Part shown: piece by piece, positions 1 through 8,510 of the stretch
Numbering within the stretch: position 1 is the first letter of the stretch
How the letters are laid out: each line of letters starts with the position of its first letter
Assembly: GCA_013697365.1 (NCBI GenBank)
Contig: JACCXA010000250.1
Span: 1-37,592, forward strand
Reading direction: 5' to 3'
Source: Chthoniobacterales bacterium
GTDB taxonomy: Bacteria > Verrucomicrobiota > Verrucomicrobiia > Chthoniobacterales > UBA10450
Length of the DNA: 37,592 bases
Position numbers and translations under genes: made by a program
Notes under the pieces: model-generated
Told to the model about the DNA's origin: nothing
Database searches by the model: none
Seen by the model: only the letters and a program-made list of their open reading frames with translations

Positions 1-539
1 CGTTCTTTGCGGCCCGATTAATCGCCTCTTTTTTCCTCGCCGGTCTCGCCCTTTCGCTGAGCAGTTGCAGCAGCATGACCGACATGGTTGCCACCCATTT
101 GCCCAACCGGCATTCCGGTCGTCCGTCCGTTGTCGTTAGTCTGCGTACGCAGGAAGCATATCTCTACCGCGGCGAGAAGCGCGTCGCCGCCTCGCGCATC
201 TCGAGCGGGCGAGAGGGTCATCGCACGCCCACCGGGCGATTTCGCGTCCTCCGGAAGGACGAGGATCATCGCTCCAATCTCTACGGTGATTATGTGAATG
301 GGCAGGGACGAGTGGTTAAGCCGAATGTGGATGTGCGGCGGCAACAGAAACCGAGGGGCTCGCGTTTTGTCGGCGCGCCCATGCCTTTTTACGTGGAGTT
401 TTCCCCGAGCTACGGCCTGCACGCGGGCTACCTCCCGGGCGAACCGGCGTCTCATGGTTGTATCCGCATGCCCTACTGGCGCGCGCGGCAATTTTATCGA
501 GCCATCCGACGAGGGACGCCGGTTACTGTCAAGCGGTAG
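1..539 (+). CDS. L,D-transpeptidase (YkuD fold), probable lipoprotein; 5' end runs off the window
   Basis: ORF 75..539 stays open in the same frame back to base 3 (..[28 protein letters not shown]..). That is a hydrophobic signal segment ending in a lipobox-like LSSC. The C-terminal half carries the L,D-transpeptidase catalytic signature (..[18 protein letters not shown]..). Confidence 0.85.
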   Translation, partial: FFAARLIASFFLAGLALSLSSCSSMTDMVATHLPNRHSGRPSVVVSLRTQEAYLYRGEKRVAASRISSGREGHRTPTGRFRVLRKDEDHRSNLYGDYVNGQGRVVKPNVDVRRQQKPRGSRFVGAPMPFYVEFSPSYGLHAGYLPGEPASHGCIRMPYWRARQFYRAIRRGTPVTVKR

Positions 540-599
540 CCCGTCGAACTCGTGTTCCGATCTTGCGCCTTGGCAACGGGGCCAATGATCAGAATGGAG

Positions 600-680
600 T
601 GCTCGGGGGGGGACTTGAACCCCCATGCCTTACGGCATACGCCCCTCAAACGTACGTGTCTGCCATTTCACCACCCGAGC
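600..680 (-). tRNA. tRNA-Leu (anticodon GAG), type II with long variable arm
   Basis: Manual cloverleaf on the minus strand. Acceptor GCTCGGG/CCCGAGC; 3-bp D stem GTG/CAC; anticodon stem TACGT/GCGTA with loop TTGAGGG (anticodon GAG). 13-nt variable arm TGCCGTAAGGCAT; T arm GGGGG-TTCAAGT-CCCCC; discriminator A. CCA is not encoded immediately after the discriminator. Confidence 0.85.
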
Positions 681-1381
681 GGATGGAAGAATCCAATGTA
701 ATCGGGAACGCAGGAAAGCAACCTCCGCGCTCCGGTCTTACCGCCGCGCTTCGCCTGGCTACGGACCTCGGCCAGTTTGATTGGAGAATTCGAAGTCTCC
801 GCGGTGGTTCAGCGTCGCGTGGCTCTCGACCGGGGCTGAAACCAGACATGGCGTCTGCCATTGATAATCTTTACGATTGCTCGGACTCGTTCCATACCTG
901 GCGGAACGGACGGGGAAACCTGTCGAGGCGCGTCCCCGCGAGAAATGACCTGGCCTGATAGCTTTGCGCGGGTACCTCAATTTCCAAGGCGACCCCGCCC
1001 GGCAAATGATGACCCTTGGCGGCAGCGCTGCGCGCAACACCCTTGCCTGCGGTGAGTGAGATCGATAGCAGCTTGCCTTTCAGGTTTCAGGCTTTTGGCG
1101 CGCGAAAGTCCACCTGATAAGCGCCCGGCTGTGGAGCGCACTGGTCGTAAAATCGCCCGAGCCACCGGTCGATCCGTGATTAAAACACCTTGCCGCTGCT
1201 CTTGCTCTTCACCGTGACTTCGACTCCCGGCAGAGCCGGAAAAGCTGCGGCCCGTGCCGAGAAAAACGTACGCGAATACCAGGTCTGGAGGGTCTTCCTC
1301 ATCTTACGGGCCTAAATATCCTACGAGCTGTCCGTGGAAGCCAAGCAGAAGCTGCGGCGCTTCGAGCCTTCCCCCGTCCCT

Positions 1382-3220
1382 TTATCCCTCGGCGCGAGAT
1401 TTCAACCAGCGATCCACCAGCTCTTCAAGGATGTCCATCGGAACAGGACCACTGGTGAGCACCACATCGTGGAACTGTCGGAGATCGAACTTCGCGCCGA
1501 GTTCCTTCTTCGCCTTCTCGCGCAGATCCAGGATCTTAATCATCCCGATCTTATAAGCGGTCGCCTGGCTTGGCGAGACGATGTAGCGGTTGATCGCTTC
1601 CACACAATCGTCCTCGGCGTTCGGTGTATTCTTGATCAGGTAATCGATCGCCTGCTGCCGCGTCCAACGTTTGTGATGGAGGCCGGTGTCCACGACGAGC
1701 CGGCCTGCGCGCCAAAGCTCCATCGCCAGGCGGCCGAAGTCAGAATACGAATCCTGATAGAGCCCCATCTCTTTCGGAATCTGCTCGGTGTAGAGACCCC
1801 AGCCTTCCGAGTAAGCCGTGAAGCGAGTGCCGAATTTCCGGAACTTCGGCAGTCCTGTCAGCTCCTGCGCAATTGCGATCTGCATGTGGTGCCCGGGAAT
1901 GCCTTCGTGATAAGCGAGCGCCTCCAGTTCGTAAGTAGGCGTCGACTTCATGTCCGCGAGGTTGACGTAGAACATCCCCGGCCGCGACCCGTCAGGCGCA
2001 GGCTGTTGATAAAAGGCTTTCCCGGCGGATTTTTCGCGGAATTTCTCCACCGCTTTCACGACGATATCTGCCTTCGGTTTGGTGAGAAAAAGTTCGTCCA
2101 ACCGGCCACGCATGGTGTCGATCATCTTCGTCGCGCGGCTTAGGTATTCGGCCCGGCCCTCCTCGGTATCGGGAAGGTAAAACTGCGGATCGCTCCGCAT
2201 AAACTTAAACATGGCCTGCAGGTCGCCCTTGAACCCGACTTTCTCCTTGATCTTGCCCATCTCGCCGTGGATGCGCGCGATCTCCTTCAAGCCCAGCTCG
2301 TGGATCTCATCCGCGGAGAGGTTTGTCGTCGTCGTACGCCGCAAGGCGAACTCATAGAAGTTACGGCCGTCTGGGAATTGCCATGCGCCGGCTTCGGCCG
2401 GCGCTGTTTTCTCCTGCTCCTCCAGGAAAGCGATTATCTTTTGATAGGCAGGCCGGAACGAGGCCGTCAGCGCATCGATCGCGTCCCCTATCAAGCGGTC
2501 GCGCGTCGGCTGATCCAAATCTTTCAGCGCCGTCACTTTCTTTGTGAAGTCAGCCAGGAGCGTGCTGTCATTCTCGCTGGCATCGAAAGGCCGGCCCACT
2601 GTCACCTTCCGGCAGGCATCCAGCACGAGCGGGAAGGCAAACCGCGGCGGAATGATTCCCTTTTCCGCGCGCGTTTGCAGGTTGGCAATCACTTGCTCGG
2701 CTTGCTTCGCGACACCATTTAAGCGCGCGATATACGCTTCCGCATCGGACACGGAATCGATCCGGTGGATGTTAATCAAAAACGTCGGCGTGCTCGAGTG
2801 CCAGCCGAACATCTGGTTCACCGGATAGTTATGGAAACGGAAGCGAAAACCTTCCGCATTTGTCTGCACATCCTGCTCGAAGAGCCGCCAGCTCAGCTGT
2901 GTCTGCGGATCGAGAGAATTGAAATCAAAGTCACGCTTTAGCGTCGCGAGGTTTTGGAGCGAAATCGCGAGGTCTTCCGCATTGGAGGAGTCCGAAAGGT
3001 CTTCCCATTTATCGTAGTCCTTCTTGATCCCGAGCGACGATGCGAACTGGGGATGACGCGCCACGTTTTCATCGAAGCACTTATCGAAAAACTCGTTGAC
3101 CCGCTTTGATTCGGCGGCCGTCTGCGCCGGCGTATAGCTCTTCTCGTTGGGGGCAGCCAAAACAACGGCTGCGGAAAGAAAGAGAGAAGCAGCGAGGACA
3201 CCTGGCCGGATCGATTTCAT
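1382..3220 (-). CDS. DUF885-family secreted protein (putative metallopeptidase-like)
   Basis: 612-aa ORF with an N-terminal signal peptide (MKSIRPGVLAASLFLSAAVVLAAP). It has the characteristic DUF885 motif ..LAYHEGIPGHHMQ.. and family-typical length. Confidence 0.85.
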   Translation of the reverse strand: MKSIRPGVLAASLFLSAAVVLAAPNEKSYTPAQTAAESKRVNEFFDKCFDENVARHPQFASSLGIKKDYDKWEDLSDSSNAEDLAISLQNLATLKRDFDFNSLDPQTQLSWRLFEQDVQTNAEGFRFRFHNYPVNQMFGWHSSTPTFLINIHRIDSVSDAEAYIARLNGVAKQAEQVIANLQTRAEKGIIPPRFAFPLVLDACRKVTVGRPFDASENDSTLLADFTKKVTALKDLDQPTRDRLIGDAIDALTASFRPAYQKIIAFLEEQEKTAPAEAGAWQFPDGRNFYEFALRRTTTTNLSADEIHELGLKEIARIHGEMGKIKEKVGFKGDLQAMFKFMRSDPQFYLPDTEEGRAEYLSRATKMIDTMRGRLDELFLTKPKADIVVKAVEKFREKSAGKAFYQQPAPDGSRPGMFYVNLADMKSTPTYELEALAYHEGIPGHHMQIAIAQELTGLPKFRKFGTRFTAYSEGWGLYTEQIPKEMGLYQDSYSDFGRLAMELWRAGRLVVDTGLHHKRWTRQQAIDYLIKNTPNAEDDCVEAINRYIVSPSQATAYKIGMIKILDLREKAKKELGAKFDLRQFHDVVLTSGPVPMDILEELVDRWLKSRAEG

Positions 3221-3248
3221 GAATCAGGATACCGCCGCGCGCCCCGCT

Positions 3249-3399
3249 GTCATCCTGAGTCGCGAAAACGACGAAGGACCTCGCATCGGTCGAGCGTTTC
3301 CTTTCCCTTCCTCCCCAGCGCCAGGACCAGCGTGTTGCTGCTCTTATCAAGCCCAGGGCGGCTGCGAGGTCCCTCAGCGTCTTGGCGCTTCGGGATGAC
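3249..3399. repeat. Imperfect inverted repeat: two 37-nt arms (3249..3285 and 3363..3399) with a 77-nt spacer, in the actP/DUF885 intergenic gap
   Basis: Arm A (+): GTCATCCTGAGTCGCGAAAACGACGAAGGACCTCGCA. Reverse complement of arm B: GTCATCCCGAAGCGCCAAGACGCTGAGGGACCTCGCA. Hand alignment shows roughly three quarters of positions identical, with both ends conserved. Confidence 0.7.
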
Positions 3400-3424
3400 A
3401 CGCGTGGACACGGTGCTCCGCCTG

Positions 3425-4972
3425 TTACTCTGCGGTGGCCTTCTCCGCCCCCAGGCCGGTATTGGCGCGCACGCTCAGCTCCGCGTACTTCGCTTCCGCT
3501 TCCGGCTCCCGCGTGAAGAGCGCCCCGAGGAACGCACCGAGGAAGCCGAGCGGGATGCTCACAATCCCCGGGTTCTTGAGCGGGAAAAGCGGCTGCTTCA
3601 TGAAATCCGGGCTGATAAGAATGAGAACAATGCTGGAGAGCAGCCCGACCGCGAGGCCGCAGACCGCCCCGGTTGTGTTGAATCGTTTCCAAAAAAGCGA
3701 AAACACGATGACCGGCAAATTCGCACTCGCCGCCACCGCGAAGGCGAGCCCGACGAGGAACGCGACGTTGACCGCTGGACCCAGCACAATCGCGATGACG
3801 ATCGCGGCGGCGCCCACCACGAACGCAGTGATGCGCGCCACACGCACTTCCTCTCCGGGCCGATGCTCTTTCCCGTGATGAATGACGTTTGTGAAGAAAT
3901 CGTGCGCGAAGCTCGTGCTCGCACTGATCGTTAGGCCAGCAACTACGGCCAGGATTGTAGCGAAGGCCACCGCGCTGATGAAGGCGAAGAAAACCTCGCC
4001 CCCCAGAAAGCGGGCGAGCTCCGGCGCGGCCATGTTCGTTCCGCCATGCAGCTTGAGGTGATCCGGCCCAAGCAGGCTGGCCGCGCCGAACCCGAAGAAC
4101 GTGGTCATGATATAAAAGAGACCGATCAGGATCATCGCCCAAACCACGCTGGTCCGGGCCGTCTTCGCATCCGGCACGGTGTAGAAACGAATCAAGATGT
4201 GCGGCAACCCAGCGGTCCCGAAGACGAGCGCCAGGCCTAATGAGATCTGGTCCAGTGGATTTTTGAAGAGTAATCCGGGCGTCAGAAAGTTGCGCGTCAC
4301 AGGCACCCCGTCTGCGCCGGTAAACGTGACCGCGCTCACCGCCTGAAAGAAGTTGCCGAGACTGAAGTTGAACTTGCTCATGACGAGGATGCTGAGGAAG
4401 AAGCTTCCGCTCATGAGCAGGACCGCCTTGATGATCTGCACCCAGGTGGTGGCCAGCATCCCGCCGAAGACAACGTAAACAACCATGAGCACACCCACGC
4501 CGATCACGGCCATCTCGTAGCTCACGCCAGGCAGAAGCTGCCGGACGAGTGTTCCCGCGCCGACCATCTGCGCGATCATATAAAAGATCGAAACGGTCAG
4601 GGTTGAGAGCGAAGCCATCGCGCGAACGGGGCGGGGCTTCAGCCGATAGGCGAGCACATCCGCCATCGTGTACTTGCCTGCATTCCGCAGCGGCTCGGCG
4701 ACGATGATGAGGACCGTCAGGTAGGCGACAAGAAACCCGACGGAATACATGAAACCGTCGTAGCCATTGAACGCGATCATTCCGGCAATGCCGAGGAAGC
4801 TCGCAGCGCTCATGTAATCGCCCGCGACCGCCAGGCCATTCTGCCACCCGGTGATGCGCCGGTTCGCGGCGAAGTAGGCGCTCGAGCCGGTGCTCTTTTT
4901 GGCGCTGAAGTAGGTGATGACGAGCGTCATCGCCACGAAGCCCAGGAACATCCAAAGCGCGGTGTTGCCCAT
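3425..4972 (-). CDS. actP: Cation/acetate symporter ActP (sodium:solute symporter family)
   Basis: 515-aa polytopic ORF collinear with enterobacterial ActP as I recall it (..ITGWQNGLAVAGDYMSAASFLGIAG.., ..GGMLATTWVQIIKAVLL.., ..GTAGLPHILIRFYTV.., ..ISAVAFATILAVVAGL..). It sits directly downstream of a DUF485 gene, as in yjcH-actP. Confidence 0.9.
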   Translation of the reverse strand: MGNTALWMFLGFVAMTLVITYFSAKKSTGSSAYFAANRRITGWQNGLAVAGDYMSAASFLGIAGMIAFNGYDGFMYSVGFLVAYLTVLIIVAEPLRNAGKYTMADVLAYRLKPRPVRAMASLSTLTVSIFYMIAQMVGAGTLVRQLLPGVSYEMAVIGVGVLMVVYVVFGGMLATTWVQIIKAVLLMSGSFFLSILVMSKFNFSLGNFFQAVSAVTFTGADGVPVTRNFLTPGLLFKNPLDQISLGLALVFGTAGLPHILIRFYTVPDAKTARTSVVWAMILIGLFYIMTTFFGFGAASLLGPDHLKLHGGTNMAAPELARFLGGEVFFAFISAVAFATILAVVAGLTISASTSFAHDFFTNVIHHGKEHRPGEEVRVARITAFVVGAAAIVIAIVLGPAVNVAFLVGLAFAVAASANLPVIVFSLFWKRFNTTGAVCGLAVGLLSSIVLILISPDFMKQPLFPLKNPGIVSIPLGFLGAFLGALFTREPEAEAKYAELSVRANTGLGAEKATAE

Positions 4973-4981
4973 CGTGGCGCG

Positions 4982-5404
4982 CTAGCGCTCGAACCTCTTG
5001 ATTAATCCTGCGGCCCTGCGATCCCAGCCCGCCGCGACCGCGACGTAGATAGCAGCCAGGACCCAAGCCATGAAAAATTGCGAAAGCGCGAAGAGATAGG
5101 CGAGGTTCATTTCGCCCCAAACCTTCCGCTGCATAAACGCGGTGTGATAGCCGACCAGATAGGGCAGAGCGAAATAGTAGAGAATGAAGAAGATGGTCGC
5201 CGGGATGATGAAGCGCCGTTTCGCTTTCAGCAGCGCCTTGAACTCATCGGCCCCGGCAATGCGCTCCCACGTCGAAACATCCACACCTCCAGCTGCACTG
5301 CGTTCGTGCAATGGCGACCCCATGGGGGAAAGCGGCGCCACGTCCTTTGGTGCATCATCTTGCGGCGTTGGACCGCGAGGAAACTTACGATCGTCGGACG
5401 CCAT
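4982..5404 (-). CDS. yjcH: DUF485 (YjcH-like) inner-membrane protein, partner of ActP
   Basis: Two predicted TM helices (RRFIIPATIFFILYYFALPYLVGY; LAYLFALSQFFMAWVLAAIYV). Ends 9 nt upstream of actP. The N-terminal 40 aa or so is an extension, so the start could be the internal Met (MGSPLHER). Confidence 0.75.
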   Translation of the reverse strand: MASDDRKFPRGPTPQDDAPKDVAPLSPMGSPLHERSAAGGVDVSTWERIAGADEFKALLKAKRRFIIPATIFFILYYFALPYLVGYHTAFMQRKVWGEMNLAYLFALSQFFMAWVLAAIYVAVAAGWDRRAAGLIKRFER

Positions 5405-5488
5405 GGGTCTTCTATATGGGCGCGCCGATTCCCCGCCGCAAGGAAAACGAAACGACAGCGCTCGCCTGCTCTGCCAACATCTATCTCT

Positions 5489-7129
5489 GTGAGCAACGAG
5501 AGGGCAAACGCGACCGACAGGCAGGGGAGGCCGAGCTCTGCCAAAACGACCACCGGGCGTGCGCGCGGCTCCCTTCTGCTTCTCGCTCTCTGTTTGCTGA
5601 CACCGTCCTTTTGGTTGCTAGCGACCGTGCCGCCGCTCTGGCGTGACGCAGATGCGTATAACCAGCTCCTGCACACGCCCGCGCAATCGACCTCCTCCGG
5701 ACACGGTCTGCTGTATGGGCTCTCGGTTCGTGTTCCCTTGTACGTCGGCTACACGATCGAACGAAAGCGCGGGGCCGAGATCGCCGCGACGACCAATTTC
5801 TTTGATGTGCCAGTCCTCACCGACACCGGCATCGGCCTTCTGATCGTGGCGCAGCATGTTACACTCGCGGGAGCTGGGCTTGCTTTGATTCTGTTGGCGA
5901 CGAGCGGAATCTGGATGCGATTCGCGCTCGCCCTTTTTTTCGCGAGCAATCACCTCTTTTACACCTTCGCGCACTGCGTCGGCTCCGAGAGCCTAAGCAT
6001 GATCTGCCTGCTTCTGCTGGCAGCGCTCGGGCTGCGCCTGGTAAGGCACCCGGAGGCGCGGACGTGGAAAATCTGGAGCCTGTTCGCGGTGGTGTTGTTT
6101 GCGTGCCTCACCACGAGATACGTGAACATGCTGCTGGCGTTCCTTCTACCGCTCACATTTCTGGTGCTGGCCATGATGCAACGAGACAAGGGACAGGTCC
6201 GTCACGCGGCGACCTCCATCTTGATCGGCGCCGCTTGTCTCGTCTTGGCCCGCTCCTCGGCGGAAGCGGTTTCGCGCGCCGGGAAGTTTGGCTACTATTC
6301 GCGCATCGGGTTCACCTTTATGTGGCGCGTCGGTTTTGTGCAGACAGTGCCGGAGCAGCAGCGGGCCGCGCTCCTCGACCGCGTCGCCGCGCGCACGAAA
6401 GCACCCGATGCGCAGCAAGTCTTCGCGATCTTGCGGGAGATCATTGCGGAAGGGAAACCGCTCGGCTCGGGAACGATCTTCGAGCGAGTTCGGGCAGCCT
6501 TGCCTCGCGCGGAAAAGAGATCAGGGCCGCGACGCGTGCACACCGCATTAAACACGGTGGCGTGGGCTTTTTTGCTGCCGCCGACAGCCGAGCATTGGCA
6601 GACAGCGCAAGAGGATTTCTCGGAAAATCGGCGCCTCCTGCTTCCGGAGGTCAGCCGATTTCTCTTTGCGACGACCGTTTATCTCTGGGAGTACGCCGAC
6701 AAGTTGCCGGGGGTTGGACACCTCAGCACGTTCCGGGAGAATACGCCCGCGGGGTTAATGGAGAAGGCGCAGGCAAATCCCTATCTCGGGCTTTGGTCGG
6801 GGCTCACACTCAACGGGGCGCTGCTTGGTTCTGCCACCAGTTTGGGAGCATTGGTCATGGTGAGTGTTTGGCGTCGGCGGGCCGGGACCGCCGCTACCGC
6901 AGAAGGTGAAAACAGGGCAAGAGACAACATTTTGCCGATAGCCGTTTTCGCCGGCCTGCTCGTCCTTATAGCAATGGCGATGGTGGAGGCGACAGCCCTG
7001 GTGGGTGATTTGATTCCTCGCTATACGCTGCCTCTCTGGGAAATGGCGTGGGTGGCCGGCATCATCGCGGTCGGCGGCGTTGGCGACGCGCTCCGTTCAG
7101 TCCGCTGGGCAGCGGGTAAGGCTGGTTAA
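5489..7129 (+). CDS. Polytopic integral membrane protein of unknown function (possibly GT-C-type glycosyltransferase-like)
   Basis: Track ORF 5078..7129 has no internal ATG. Its first 137 codons overlap yjcH on the opposite strand. An in-frame GTG at 5489 lies just past the yjcH start, so the start is placed there. Multiple hydrophobic helices are present, and an acidic motif follows the first helix (PPLWRDADAYNQL). The function call is weak. Confidence 0.55.
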   Translation: MSNERANATDRQGRPSSAKTTTGRARGSLLLLALCLLTPSFWLLATVPPLWRDADAYNQLLHTPAQSTSSGHGLLYGLSVRVPLYVGYTIERKRGAEIAATTNFFDVPVLTDTGIGLLIVAQHVTLAGAGLALILLATSGIWMRFALALFFASNHLFYTFAHCVGSESLSMICLLLLAALGLRLVRHPEARTWKIWSLFAVVLFACLTTRYVNMLLAFLLPLTFLVLAMMQRDKGQVRHAATSILIGAACLVLARSSAEAVSRAGKFGYYSRIGFTFMWRVGFVQTVPEQQRAALLDRVAARTKAPDAQQVFAILREIIAEGKPLGSGTIFERVRAALPRAEKRSGPRRVHTALNTVAWAFLLPPTAEHWQTAQEDFSENRRLLLPEVSRFLFATTVYLWEYADKLPGVGHLSTFRENTPAGLMEKAQANPYLGLWSGLTLNGALLGSATSLGALVMVSVWRRRAGTAATAEGENRARDNILPIAVFAGLLVLIAMAMVEATALVGDLIPRYTLPLWEMAWVAGIIAVGGVGDALRSVRWAAGKAG

Positions 7130-7210
7130 GACCCGGCGGACTTGCCCTCACCGTCCGGCTGCCGCTTACCGGCGGAGAAGTTCGCGCAACGGATGCATGT
7201 TGTGGAAGAG

Positions 7211-8485
7211 TTAAAGTCTGACGTTCTTCAGCCCGGCGCCTTCATGCCGCCGCGGAGGTACGAGAAAAGTGTGGTTTACCTTTAGCGACACTTCCTGCAT
7301 AGAGTCGTCCGAGTCGTTGTCGTCGTCGTCCTCCTCGAGGTTCTCCGCGTCGGTTTCGCGTTGCTCTTTGCTGATCGTGGGCACTACGGCCGGGATGTCC
7401 TTTTGCTCGAGCTTGTCGTAACGCTGCCGCACTTCCGCAGGTAATTTATCCAGCTCTTCTTTCGTCTCGACGGGCCCGCTGAAAACAAGACGCCCCTGTG
7501 GGTCTTTCGCCGTCAGCACCTTCTTGTTGTCGACCGTCTCGATCTTCATCTCACCCTGGGCGTCGCTGTAAATGATCTGAGCCTTGTTCAAGTCGATCCG
7601 GGTGGTCTTCAGAGCGCCGTTGTCGTTCGAGGTGATGACGCGCACGCCATTTCCGGGACTTCCCGCGTGCTTGCCAAATAACGAGCGCTGGGCTTCTGCT
7701 GCCGCACGCCGGCCTTCCGCCGCCGCGCGTCGGCCTTCCGCGGCCGCGCGTCGACTTTCCTGAGCGACGCGCCGTGCATCTTCACGGGCGCGTTTGATCT
7801 CTTCCCGCGCGCTGCCAACCGCATCGCCGACCAGCCCGAACTTAAGGTCTCCCATATCCTCAAGCACTTCGCGGCTGAGCTGCCCACCTTCGCGTTTCAT
7901 CTCTTCGCTCAGCTCGCGCATCTCACGCTCGAATTCCGGGCCCAGATTTCCAAAGCCGCCGCCATGTTTCCAATCGCGCATTTCGCGGCGCTGCGGGACC
8001 TCGCGCTTGCCCAGTTTCGCCGTTAGCTTTGTTTCGGCGCCTTTGCGCAGCACGGTCAACGTGACGCTGGTGCCTTCCGCATAATTACGGATCAGCTTCG
8101 CGAGTTGATCAGGTTCCAGCAGGATCTGGTCGTTCAACAATTTCAGAATGTCGTTCGGCTGGAGACCGGCAGCCGCCGCAGGTCCATCCGGCACCACGTA
8201 ATCGACCACCAGACCGAAGCCCTTGGTCAAACCAAGCTGCTCCGCGACCACGCCTGGCACAGAGGAGGTTTCCACGCCGAGATAGGTCACGGGAACTTTG
8301 GGCATCCGTTCGCGTTCACGATGGTCACGATCGCCCCGTGGCGGCACCGGTGGGACCGGCGGAACCGGTGGCACCGGCGCGACGCCAGGAACTTGTGGTG
8401 TGACTGGAGTAGGCGGCGTTTGGGAAAAGCCGGCGATGGGAAGCAGCGCGACGGCTGCGAGGATTGCGATGGTTTTTGTCTTCAT
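7211..8485 (-). CDS. Secreted PDZ-domain protein with Pro-rich N-terminus, charged coiled-coil repeats and acidic tail (no protease domain recognised)
   Basis: Start moved to Met73 of the track ORF (MKTKTIAILAAVALLPIAGFSQ is a signal peptide). The longer ORF would overlap the upstream gene. PDZ-like segment: ..YLGVETSSVPGVVAEQLGLTKGFGLVVDYVVPDGPAAAAGLQPNDILKLLNDQIL... Other features: (PPV)n run, 3x RRAAAEG, EEDDDDNDSDDS tail. Confidence 0.75.
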   Translation of the reverse strand: MKTKTIAILAAVALLPIAGFSQTPPTPVTPQVPGVAPVPPVPPVPPVPPRGDRDHRERERMPKVPVTYLGVETSSVPGVVAEQLGLTKGFGLVVDYVVPDGPAAAAGLQPNDILKLLNDQILLEPDQLAKLIRNYAEGTSVTLTVLRKGAETKLTAKLGKREVPQRREMRDWKHGGGFGNLGPEFEREMRELSEEMKREGGQLSREVLEDMGDLKFGLVGDAVGSAREEIKRAREDARRVAQESRRAAAEGRRAAAEGRRAAAEAQRSLFGKHAGSPGNGVRVITSNDNGALKTTRIDLNKAQIIYSDAQGEMKIETVDNKKVLTAKDPQGRLVFSGPVETKEELDKLPAEVRQRYDKLEQKDIPAVVPTISKEQRETDAENLEEDDDDNDSDDSMQEVSLKVNHTFLVPPRRHEGAGLKNVRL

Positions 8486-8510
8486 ATTTTGTTGTTCTTG
8501 GGGTGGAATT

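Noticed and set aside
540-700. tRNA-Leu as an integration hotspot or genomic-island border
   Set aside because: No integrase, transposase or phage-like gene is nearby. I saw no second copy of the tRNA 3' half elsewhere in the window by eye.
695-721. Candidate sigma-70 promoter for tRNA-Leu (TTGCTT at 721..716, TACATT at 700..695 on the minus strand)
   Set aside because: The spacer is only 15 nt, outside the usual 16-18 nt range, so it was not reported as a feature.
1100-1135. RNase P RNA P4-like motif GAAAGTCC and ATAAGCGCCCGG
   Set aside because: The partner conserved motifs (GGGTGAAA.., ACAGAACCCGGCTTA) are absent at the required distances. The downstream 300 nt is the DUF885 coding region.
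831-1240. Possible tmRNA (GGGGCTGA 5'-like start at 831, an ANDD-like codon run near 1003, TTCGACTCC T-loop-like motif near 1219)
   Set aside because: No 3' strand complementary to GGGGCTG followed by ACCA exists. The T-loop-like motif has no flanking T stem. The putative tag frame does not end in a hydrophobic A-A type tail.
3081-5120. 679-aa minus-strand ORF spanning the actP/DUF485 region in another frame
   Set aside because: The translation is Arg/Gly/Ala/His-rich low-complexity sequence, typical of off-frame reading in GC-rich DNA. The alternative frames give full-length ActP and DUF485 proteins.
5078-5488. N-terminal 137 codons of the 683-aa plus-strand ORF
   Set aside because: This part lies antisense to the well-supported DUF485 gene, has no hydrophobic or family features and contains no ATG. 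The membrane protein start was therefore moved to the GTG at 5489.
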